Part shown: one piece after another, positions 1 through 35,420 of the stretch
How positions within the stretch are numbered: the stretch's first letter is position 1
Layout: every line of letters starts with the position of its first letter
Source of the DNA: the human T2T-CHM13v2.0 reference genome, Homo sapiens
Reading direction: 5' to 3' (one strand)
NCBI RefSeq assembly: GCF_009914755.1
Contig: NC_060941.1
Length of the DNA: 64,000 nt
Position numbers and translations under genes: made by a program
The notes under the pieces: model-generated
Database searches by the model: none
Told to the model about the DNA's origin: nothing
What the model saw: the letters and a program-made list of their open reading frames with translations, nothing else

Positions 1-1150
<1,150 letters not shown>

Positions 1151-1264
1151 AACATTAGAGCAGTTCCTCATTATTTTTACCTAGGAAAAGACAAGTTTTG
1201 ATAAAGACTTCACATCAGGTCTATGCAGCACTGGAAATGAGCCGTGGGTTGTGAGACAGACTCT

Positions 1265-1410
1265 GTGCTTAAAATGTCAAACCGGCAAAGTAGGTTTATT
1301 ATTATCCTCATTTTACAGATAAGGAAACTGAGGCTCTGAAAGGTTATTGACTTTTCCAAGGCCACAGAACTAGTAAAGAGCAAAGCCAAAAGGTCCCCCG
1401 TTCCCCACGG
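1265..1410 (+). mobile_element. MIR fragment
   Basis: MIR core ATTATCCTCATTTTACAGATAAGGAAACTGAGGCTC...CCAAGGCCACAG. Confidence 0.75.
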
Positions 1411-1444
1411 GCCCCAGGAGTTCTCCACACGTAACCCGACTCAC

Positions 1445-1700
1445 CGCCAGACGCCGACCAGCGCTTCTGTCCGGTTCAAACTTCGGACCAACCTACTCAC
1501 CATGCGCATGCTCACTTTCAAAACGAAAAACTTACTGAGAACAAATGCGCATGTTCCATAAACGGAGAGTTTTGTTGTGTATATATTTTTTCCTATTCAG
1601 AAAGATTAATTACGCATGTTCAATTTCAATTTACGAACTTCAGATATGGTACGCATGCTCACTGTCCACCGAACGCTCCAGCTGACAATGCGCATGCTCT
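1445..1700 (-). other. TUBD1: Probable non-coding first exon of the head-to-head gene TUBD1 (delta-tubulin); 5' end approximate
   Basis: Two consensus minus-strand donors (GTGAGT; + strand ACTCAC at 1439-1444 and 1495-1500) at the left edge of the CpG island. Gene identity comes from known synteny with RPS6KB1; no TUBD1 coding sequence is in the window. Confidence 0.6.
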
Positions 1701-1825
1701 AGTCCTCCAAGCGCGACTTCGGCTGGTGTTTTGCGCATGTTTCTGCCAGCGCCTGGATCCTGCCGATAGTTCTGCGCATGTCCACTGCCCACTGTTTGGC
1801 TTCACGGAACCCTGTACGCATGCTC
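1503..1825 (+). promoter_or_regulatory. Array of eight NRF1-like motifs (TRCGCATGYYY) at ~41-bp period
   Basis: 11-mers start at 1503, 1546, 1611, 1650, 1689, 1732, 1773 and 1815, all in one orientation. They resemble the NRF1 consensus TGCGCATGCGC. Confidence 0.75.
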
Positions 1826-1891
1826 CTACGCTGAACTTTAGGAGCCAGTCTAAGGCCTAGGCGCAGACGCACTGAGCCTAAGCAGCCGGTG

Positions 1892-1936
1892 ATGGCGGCA
1901 GCGGCTGTGGTGGCTGCGGCGGGTCCGGGCCCATGA
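1892..1936 (+). other. uORF (MAAAAVVAAAGPGP*) whose TGA overlaps the p85 ATG
   Basis: ATG at 1892 has G at -3 and G at +4; 14 codons follow; TGA 1934-1936 overlaps ATG 1933-1935 (ATGA). The ORF is visible; its translation is not shown. Confidence 0.6.
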
Positions 1937-2073
1937 GGCGACGAAGGAGGCGGGACGGCTTTTACCCAGCCCCGGACTTCCGAGACAGGGAAGCTGAGGA
2001 CATGGCAGGAGTGTTTGACATAGACCTGGACCAGCCAGAGGACGCGGGCTCTGAGGATGAGCTGGAGGAGGGG
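1933..2073 (+). CDS. RPS6KB1: RPS6KB1 exon 1 coding part (p85 start 1933, p70 start 2002; Arg-rich NLS; TOS motif FDIDL)
   Basis: Translates MRRRRRRDGFYPAPDFRDREAEDMAGVFDIDLDQPEDAGSEDELEEG; donor GTGAGG at 2074. Confidence 0.98.
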
Positions 2074-3335
2074 GTGAGGCCCGGGGTCCCCGGGGGCCCG
2101 AGGTGACAGGGCCGGGGCGGCGGCGCGGGCTCAGGAAGCGCGGTGTGTCCTAGAGCGTGGAGACCCAGGGGGGCTCCTGAGGAGCTGAGGGTCGCGCGGC
2201 CTGAGACAGGGGAGCGGGCGGGGCGGTCATGGCCCTAGGTGTGAGGCCTCTGCGGGGCTCGCAGGTGCAGGTCGCACCCTTAGCCCCAGGTCAGCGCAGC
2301 CCCGAGCGATCTGAAGAGGGAAAGAGAACGGGCGCGTGGTCGATTCCTCGAGCTGTTGGACTTGAGTGTGGCGGGGAGCGGGTGGCGTGAGCGTGTGTTG
2401 GGGAGACGGGGGCTGCTCTTGCTGGGTGTCCCGTAAGTGCAGGCGAAGTGTGGAGGGTTTCCCTTCGAGTCTAGAATTTCAAGTATTGAATCTTCAGACC
2501 TCCCACAACCACCTCTCTTCTCGGCCTGTCGCTTCTCTCCTAGGAAGCGCTCAGCTGTTAGAAGTGACAGCTGAAAACTTCTGTCGGGAGTAGCACTGCC
2601 GCTGCTGTTACAGCCACCAGGAGTTTTATTTCGGGAGCAAGGGGGCTCTGCTGCATCTTCCAATCTTCCAGGGTTTGTTTGTTTGCTTTTTTTTTTTTAC
2701 CCCCTTCCGTGTGACTTTTTAAAATAAGCATTTATAAGGACACACGGCACTTGTAACCTTTCCCCAAGTTGAAGATGTCTGTATTTTTTTCAGAATAATT
2801 AATGTAATTTTGAGGTGGAAAAAAAAACCAAAAACCAGTTGACAGCCTTGATTTAGCTTGCCAGAAATAAGTTGCCTGAACAGAGACTTGTGAATGGTGG
2901 TATGAGGGCTTTCCTTGCTGTAATTTAGGGTGCTAAATTTAGAATTGTATTTCCTAATGCATAGCTTGGTTTCACCCTGCTGGCTTAGTGGTTTGTTAAT
3001 CTTTATGGAATAACTTTTTTTTTCCCTAGATAAATTTATCAAAAAATGACAAATTGCACCTGAAGTTCAAAAATGTTGTCATACTAAATCACTGATCCTG
3101 GACCAAATGATCATCAGTTGATAACCTCTTGGTAGTTTAGCATCTAAATTCCAATGTCTAGTTGAATACATGGGTTAATGACGTCAGATGTTTGCTCTAA
3201 TTACACAGGGGCTTCCTTTCCCTTGCCTCACCCTCAGTTTTTCTCCTCTGGCACCTGCCCTACTGTTGACAAAAGATTGAGATGATGTATATAAAGAATT
3301 TTGAACACTTTAAGAAACTAAGTGGCCTAAAATAA

Positions 3336-5263
<1,928 letters not shown>

Positions 5264-6603
5264 TAAAATTCCTGTGTAAACTGGGACTTTTCTTTTCACT
5301 TTCTTGTGTTTCAAGAACAGTAGGTGTTCCAGGGCTTTTGTCCTGCTGGGTACAAGCAAGTAGGATTTTGAGAAGGTGTGAGGAGGAGGTCAGAAAAATT
5401 GGTGGAAATAGGAAAGAGAAAGAAATATGGCCCCGATTTTGGGGAGAGAAAGTCTGGGGAAAGAGCAAAGGCAATTAAAGAGGATTTTGAGGAAGAGACT
5501 TCTGTAAAATATGTCTTAGCAACACTTTTTGGAGTTGAAAATATTTCTTTTTAGTGTGTTATTTTTTCTAAGAGGTGCCTCAAGATGGATAATGGAAGAT
5601 TTGGAGTACGATTGGGTTGACAATCCAAGGAGATTCGGTGACATCCAGATTACCCTGAAATAAAAAAAAAAAAAAATTCTGGAAAATGAGAGAAGTTTAG
5701 ATTCTTAGAAAATCTTCTGATAGTTTCTATTTGTGAATTTATAGACTTTAATTTATTACACAAAGTTTTTAAACATTGGTGCATATCAGTTTTCCTCATT
5801 TTATAGTAAGGAAACTGAGGCATAGGCCATATGATAGCCAAAGATCACATAGTGGTAGTATCTTCTGACTTAATTCAGCAGGCTTCATTGCACAGGTTCT
5901 TCATTGCATTTACTAGTTGTGTTTATAATGTTCCTCTTTGTGGTATGTCAAAAGTGAATTCAGATTCCTTTGGCCATACTCACTCTGTGACCTGGAGTAA
6001 ATTCCTTAATCTCTAATGTTTTCTATAACATGAGGGTTACATTAAATAAGTACGTAAAGTACAGTACTCTCAAAATATCCTGGCGTATTAAGCAATTAGC
6101 TAGTTCACAGAAATTCAGCTTGTCTTGTCATTGCTAAGGAACCAATCATTCAGGTTTAACCTCGTATACCTAGAGACTTAATAATTGCAGTTAAACTCGA
6201 GGTGCTGTATTTTTACAACTGTAGTATCATAGTGTGTATTTTTTTTTAAAACTAATTGATCCCGTTTAGAGAGATGTGCCTTTCAAGGTACGTTACTGAG
6301 TGACTATGCGTTAGTAAATATAGGTATTTCCATAGTTTATTTAATTAGAGATTAAAAGATGAGACTAAATGATACATTTATGGACAAAGTTGAATATCTG
6401 CCACCTAACTTAAAAAAGATCCTGTTTAAGGCCGGGCACAGTGGCTCATGCCTGTAATCCCAGCACTTTGGGAGGCCGAGGCAGGTGGATCACGATGTCA
6501 GGAGCAGGAGACCAGCCTGGCCAATATGGTGAAACCCAGTCTCTACTAAAAATACAAAAATTAGCCAGGCATGGTGGTGCACACCTCTAGTCCCAGCTAT
6601 TCA

Positions 6604-6756
<153 letters not shown>

Positions 6757-7183
6757 TCAAAGCCTATTGGTAAGAGGGGAGTTTTTGGGCGGAGGGTGTC
6801 TTTTTTGTTTGTTTTTTTGTTTCACTGTTGATGATATCATTTGGGGCAGTAAATTGAAACTAAGGAAAAGTTTTCCTTCAGAGAATTTAGATTGCAAAAA
6901 TGTTGGAATCTTCTCTGCTCTCTATAGCATTAAGAGTAGTAGAAAACTGTAATGCAATTTAAAAAATTCTCACTTTGTACTCTAATTCAAAATTTGAAAT
7001 AATCACGCAGGCTTACTGTACAAGTTTCAGATTGGGACATCAGATTTTTATTGAGTAAAAGGTTTAAAATTTTTGAAAACCAAAGTGCTATATAGATAGT
7101 ATATACTCAAATATTCATGATTATGAAAAATTATAGAAAAAATATCAATACTTATCTTGCTTTGTAATATATACTTACTATAA

Positions 7184-7520
<337 letters not shown>

Positions 7521-7592
7521 TAGCCCAAGAGTTTAGGCAAAGTTCTACCCTTTCTTCCATTTCCTCTAAGTTACTGAATCTTGTCAATCCTA

Positions 7593-7781
<189 letters not shown>

Positions 7782-7818
7782 CTATTAAAAATACAAAAAT
7801 TAGCCGGGCCTGGTGTCA

Positions 7819-8006
<188 letters not shown>

Positions 8007-8602
8007 TTACATAATGTTATTTGACACTTCTTGTGTGAGCCCTCTAGAGGTAACACTGAGTAGCAGGAAAGATTTGTGCCTCAAATGCTTCTGTCCTAGA
8101 CAGTAACGGTAGAAGTTATTAGCACAATATGCAGGTGCCAGCATTATAGGTCTGGCCAGCTTAGGAAATGAAACATAGCTACAGGGCGTATCTTGTGAGG
8201 TGGCTTCAAAATCATGGTCCAGTCTTAACTACTCTGTAGTCTTTAATTTAGAATTAAGTAAAACTAACATTAAAGAAAAAACAATTATGTAATACCAGTT
8301 TTATCACATCTGGAAGAAGTTAGTCTTTTGTCATAAAAGTGAAGCCATCCTAGGCGATTACGTAGAGCAACAAAGACAAAAAAAACCTTTAACCATGACC
8401 ACCCCCATATCCCACACATAAAAGAAACTGTATCCAGTTAAAATGGTGAGAATTGGTTTTTTCCCCCTTGATACTGCCCCATCTCTTTGCCTGGGTATAA
8501 TCATGAAGTGTACATTCCTGGTATTACATGTTATCGTGATTTGGTCACACCATGAGTGAGTTATGACTAAAATTTTGTGTTTTGGGGGCATTTGAACATT
8601 TA

Positions 8603-8752
<150 letters not shown>

Positions 8753-8914
8753 TTAAAAAAATAAATAGTGGGCATAGTAGCACACAGCACACGCCTGGCA
8801 CTAGTGACTCCAGAGGCTGAGAAGAGATGATCACTGGAGCCCAGGAGTTTGAGGATGCAATGAGCTATTATCCTACTACAGCACTCCAGCCTGGGTGACA
8901 GAAACCTAATTGCT

Positions 8915-8916
<2 letters not shown>

Positions 8917-8980
<64 letters not shown>
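8917..8980. repeat. (AC)32 microsatellite at an Alu tail
   Basis: Uninterrupted AC repeat. Confidence 0.97.
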
Positions 8981-8982
<2 letters not shown>

Positions 8983-9544
8983 CTATGTGTTTTTGTTGTG
9001 TATGTTGGCTGTGTACTGGTAGTTTTGAAGAAAGATATATTCACTTTAATATCTTAACTACTCTAAAGTTTTGACATGATTGCTTAAAGACTTGTAATGT
9101 TTTAGAGTCTATTTTCTTTTTCTTTTTTTTTGAGATGGAGTCTCACTCTTGTCATCCAGCCTGGAGTGCAATGGCGCGATCTTGGCTCACTGCAACCTCC
9201 ACCTCCTGGGTTCAAGCGATTCTCTTTCCTCAGCCTCCTGAGTAGCTAGGATTACAAGTGCCCGCCACCAGGCCTGGCTAATTTTTGTATTTTTAGTAGA
9301 GGCGGGGTTTCTCCATGTTGGCCAGGCTGATCTCGAACTCCCAATCTCAGGTGATCCGCCTGCCTTGGCCCCAAAGTGCTGGGATTACAGGCGTGAGCCA
9401 CGCGCCTGGCCTGGAGTCTATTTTAAATTAATTAGTATCCTTTCGTGTAAACTGAGAGTTCATAATCAGATTAGATTGATTTTAAAGCTATATATTATAA
9501 TGTCAGTAACTGAAATTCTGCTGCCAAGTTTTTTGTTGTTTTTT

Positions 9545-16680
<7,136 letters not shown>

Positions 16681-16939
16681 TTTAAATTTTGCACTCATTT
16701 ATTCAATGGTCAGAATAAATGTGTGGCCAGCATGACTTCCAACTGTTTGACAGTGTTGCTTAATTATTTTGTCTCGATCAGCCGCATTTTACACTAGATA
16801 CCCTGGACTAGTTGTGGGTACCTTAGGCTTAGTTTATAGCATTATGTTACTCTGTGTATTAAAAGCACATCAAAATAGCACTGTGTGTAAATCATTTGAT
16901 TTAAGTCATATTCAGAATGTAGTGCCTTTAATTTCATAA

Positions 16940-17277
<338 letters not shown>

Positions 17278-17336
17278 TAGATAAATGTACATTTTGAAGG
17301 AAAATTCACTTGGTTTTATTTTTTGATTAGTCATGA

Positions 17337-17582
<246 letters not shown>

Positions 17583-17584
17583 TA

Positions 17585-17893
<309 letters not shown>

Positions 17894-18520
17894 TAAGGCT
17901 GGTCTCGAACCCCCAACTTCAGGTGATCTGCCCGCCTCGGCCTCCCAAACTGCTGGGACCACAGGCATGAGCCACCGCACGTGGCTTTTTTTTTTTTTTT
18001 TTTTTTTTTTTGAGATGGAGTCTTGCTCTGTTGCCCAGGCTAGAGTGCAGTGGCGTGATCTCGGCTCACCGCAACCTCTGCCTTCTGGGTTCAAGCAATT
18101 CTCCTGCCTCAGCCTCTTGAGTAGCTGGAACTACAGGCATGCGACACCGCACCCGTCTAATTTTTGTATTTTTATTAGAGACTGGATTTCATCGTATTGG
18201 CCAGGCCGGTCTTGAACTCCTGACCTCGTGATCTGCCCGCATCGGCCTCCCAAAGTGCTGGGATTACAGGTGTGAGCCACCATGCCCAGCCTGTCATATA
18301 AAATTAAAAGCAAAAGCTGGGGCCGGGTGTGATGGCTCATGCCTGTAATCCCAGCACTTTGAGAAGCCGAGGAGGGCGGATCACCTGAGGTCAGGAGTTC
18401 GAGACCAGCCTGGCCAACATGATGAAACCCCATCTCTACTAAAAATGCAAAAATTAGGGCCGGGAGTGTTGACTCACGCCTGTAATCCCAGCACTTTGGG
18501 AGGCTGAGGTGGGCAGATCA

Positions 18521-18763
<243 letters not shown>

Positions 18764-18806
18764 TTAGCCAAGCATGGTGGTACATGCCTATACTCCCAGC
18801 TACTCA

Positions 18807-18944
<138 letters not shown>

Positions 18945-19287
18945 CTATAGTCCCAGCTACTTGGAACGCTGAGGCAGAAGAATCACTTGAGGAGTTTAAG
19001 GCTCTGGTATGCTATGATCATACCCCTTCATAGCTATTGACTGCATTCCAGTCTGGGCAACATAGAAAGACCTCATCTCTATTTGTAAAATAATTTAGAG
19101 TGAAATTCCCATAGTGTTGTTTGTGTACTGTGTTTTGTTCATTACCATATTTGCCTGTTGTTGAAGTATAAGAGAATTGTTAGGCTGGTTTATTTCATTC
19201 ATTCTCTTTCAGTTATGAGACAAAGAATTAAACCTTTAAATTTTATGTTTATTAGATTATTTCTGAAACTTTTAACATATTTTTCAG

Positions 19288-19337
19288 GGTCAGTTAAATG
19301 AAAGCATGGACCATGGGGGAGTTGGACCATATGAACT
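19288..19337 (+). CDS. RPS6KB1: RPS6KB1 exon 2 (50 nt)
   Basis: TTTTCAG|GQLNESMDHGGVGPYE(L)|GTAAGT; Met54 ATG at 19306. Confidence 0.97.
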
Positions 19338-19674
19338 GTAAGTTTATATGAAGAGATTTTCATTGTGTTGTCTTTCTTACAAGTAGGTTTTATCAGTTCT
19401 ATTTCGTAGCAATCATGTGATTCCTGTAACCTGTTCTTAAATATGTAGTCATATTTATCAACTCGATGTATTGAATTTGGCACCAAAATCTGATCAATAT
19501 AACCTATCAGAGTTTTGAGATTATGTATGGATTTTGAGGAAAAGATATTAATTCAGATTCAGAGTACTAAATATGAATCTGAGTTGTTAGTTTAAAGAGC
19601 CACAGTTTTAATCTTTTCTTACAGAAAAATTTGTAGAAATGCCTCAAAAAGTCAAATGCTTTCTGTTTTGCTTA

Positions 19675-20634
<960 letters not shown>

Positions 20635-20894
20635 TAAATCAAGCTAATAACTTGAAAAAACAGATACAGAGAAGAAGTTTTGTACTATGATGTGAACTAA
20701 TTGGGTAGTTTTGGAAAGATCCCTGATTTTCTGCTGACATTGCCAAATGAGGTTGGATAATACCTAATTTCATAGATATTTTCAATGAAGTAAATTTGAA
20801 TAACTGCAAGACTTTTTTTCTTTGTCAACTTAATGAACTTTTTCTAACTTACCTTAGCTTTGGGGTGCTTGATGCTTATGAAAATAAATAATTG

Positions 20895-21190
20895 TCTTCT
20901 TTTACTTTGTTGCACTCCTAAGAGCAAAATGGGTCACCAGCAGCTGTATTGGAGTCACCCATGAAAATTCAATCAGGGTTCTTGCTCTTGTTGTGTCTGC
21001 TCAAACTGGCAAGGTCTGATCCAGAAATACGGCCTCAATATGTGCGCCAGTGTTTCTATCAGTAAACGAAGGATATAGATTTCATTAAGTTGGACTAAGT
21101 GATCTTACTTGAATGGATTATCCAAGGCATCTACCCAATGAAAAACCATAGTACCCCTTTATGCATAAAATAAACAATTATAAAAATAAG
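20895..21190 (+). pseudogene. Processed pseudogene of ribosomal protein RPS29 (uS14) in RPS6KB1 intron 2
   Basis: ATG at 20929 reads [38 protein letters not shown], then a 1-nt deletion, then [15 protein letters not shown] (TAA 21096-21098). Intronless, pyrimidine-rich 5' leader, AATAAA at 21169, decayed A-tail, TSD TAAATAATTG at 20885-20894 and 21191-21200. Confidence 0.93.
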
Positions 21191-21353
21191 TAAATAATTG
21201 ATTGCCCATTCTATGAACAAGGAGGCAAACAATTATCAGGCCACCCTCCTCTTGACCTGCTGTTCTGTTTGTTTAGAGCACAAATAATTTGGTGTCATGT
21301 ACTTTTTTACTTTTACTTACTTAGATTACATTTCTCTGTCTCCTTTTTCTTGA

Positions 21354-21578
<225 letters not shown>

Positions 21579-22278
21579 TAGATTGATTTTTATGCCCTGG
21601 TTCCAGCAGTCATCTTCAGTCTTTGTCAGCTATCAGCAAAGGATGTGATCATGACCACTTAGCTGGTATGTTTGAGGGATGTACAGAAGTTCAGTTTTCC
21701 CTTCTTTTCATACCACCACACATGTAAAAGCCTGGCACATAATAGGTACTCAGTCAAGGTTCATAGAATACATAAATAGACAACTGTACCAGGCAAAGTC
21801 TATTATTAAAGGGTTCATTCTTTACTTTGGTTAAATGGTATCCTCTTTAAAAATAAAGCCCTCCTTGCTTACAAGAGACATGGCAGTCTGAGTTGTTATC
21901 TGTTACTGAGACCTTAATCTCAACTGGTTTTCTGGAGCAATAGAATTGGGGAAGCTGAAGGAATATATAAAGGGGGAAGAAAACTATTTAGTTTCACAGT
22001 TTTGCCCAAGGCTTTACAACTTAAGACGTCACTTTTATGAGTTCTGCCCACAAAACTTTTTACCAAACTATTCTCTTATCAAAATAATTTAGATAATAAC
22101 TTGGTTAGTATTAAGTTTTAAGAATTATTTTTGCTATTGTGTAGTGTTAATTTTTGCAAAGCAGACATTTGTAGCCTATTCTTATGCTTAAGAACACATT
22201 GTAATTTCTAATCATCCTGAATGTGCAACACATGCACTTTGAATCTCACATGTTTTAGGTGTTGCATGAAAATGTTTA

Positions 22279-22848
<570 letters not shown>

Positions 22849-22889
22849 TTAGTACAAACTATTTTAAGTAATAGGTAAACAGTAATTTC

Positions 22890-23067
22890 CTGCCAACTAT
22901 TTTTAAATAGTTTTATGTGAAGCAAGGGCAGTGGCAAGCAACCTTGAAAGAAATTTATGAAATATTTTATAATTTTTACTGCCAACTATTTTTAAATAGT
23001 TTTATGTGAAGCAAGGGCAGTGGCAAGCAACCTTGAAAGAAATTTATGAAATATTTTATAATTTTTA
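22890..23067. repeat. Perfect 2 x 89-bp tandem duplication
   Basis: 22890-22978 is identical to 22979-23067. Confidence 0.95.
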
Positions 23068-23177
23068 AGGTGGTATTATGCCTCTGGGAACACTGTTTAT
23101 AGCTTGTTCTAAGTAGGATTTTATATATTAATATAAAGTAACAGTGTTTATTATTAGATGGTCATTGTCCAACATTA

Positions 23178-23193
23178 CCACCAGATGGCAGCA
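23178..23193 (+). promoter_or_regulatory. CTCF-like core motif
   Basis: CCACCAGATGGCAGCA matches the CTCF consensus CCASYAGRKGGCRS. Confidence 0.6.
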
Positions 23194-23324
23194 GAACAAA
23201 CAGGAAAGTCATGATCATTAATGTGGTCTGTTCTTTTAGCTGATCATTTTTGCACATAGTTTTTATAATATAAACTGCTGTGGCATATGTTTCTTATAAC
23301 TAGGAATTAAGGGAGTATGCCTGA

Positions 23325-23456
<132 letters not shown>

Positions 23457-23576
23457 TAGTCCTCACACACCATATTTTTACACTTGATCTCAGCCAAAAG
23501 GCTGGGAAGCAATCATATATTTTTAATTGTTGTAACATTTTGGCCTAAAATTTGCAGTCAAAAAAATGTATCTCAA

Positions 23577-34683
<11,107 letters not shown>

Positions 34684-35171
34684 ACATTTCATTTTAATAA
34701 CTTTCAAGCGAGACTTTCTGCTAGGTCAGATGTAGTTCCCCTGTTTACCCTTACCATCCTGCACTTGCCTACATTGACTTGTCTTTTTTTCCCTGAGACT
34801 TTGGGCTCCTGTCGACTTTTAGACTCCTATGGACAGGGCATTCCTTCTATTCTGCTTTCTTGGCACAGCCTGGAGGATGGTAGACACTCAATAGTTTGTG
34901 AATATATGAATAAACTTGATCTGATTACAGATTTCTTTTTTAAAAAGTCTCTTTAGGTAATTCACTTACATGTTCACTGCAAAAAATCCAAACTGCACAG
35001 AGGCATATATAAAGTGAATGTTTTCCATTACCCCATCTCAGTTTCTAGTGGGAACTATGGTTAATAGTTCAATATTGGCAGGAAAAACACAAAATAGATT
35101 TTAGAATAAAATAGATTATAGAATAAAAATGTTCACTATTTTGTTCTTATAGATGATCTCTTTTCCTTTAG

Positions 35172-35420
<249 letters not shown>

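Larger units (their letters stand above)
1420..2540. promoter_or_regulatory. CpG island / bidirectional promoter of RPS6KB1 and TUBD1
   Basis: Dense undepleted CpGs, GC boxes (GGGGCGG), eight NRF1-like motifs, a YY1-like GATGGCGGC at 1891-1899, and divergent splice donors on both strands. Confidence 0.9.

Noticed and set aside
1503-1825. Repeat-spacer layout superficially like a CRISPR array
   Set aside because: Primate promoter DNA, an 11-bp degenerate repeat and no cas genes. It is better explained as a transcription-factor site array.
2280-2663. 127-aa minus-strand ORF in the CpG island
   Set aside because: GC-rich sequence has few stops, the start is non-ATG (TTG), and the product has no recognisable homology.
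5270-5676. Unique purine-rich stretch ending in AATAAA plus an A-run (possible retrocopy or terminal exon)
   Set aside because: I could not find a TSD or a recognisable parent gene. A genomic A-run would also produce oligo-dT mis-priming artefacts.
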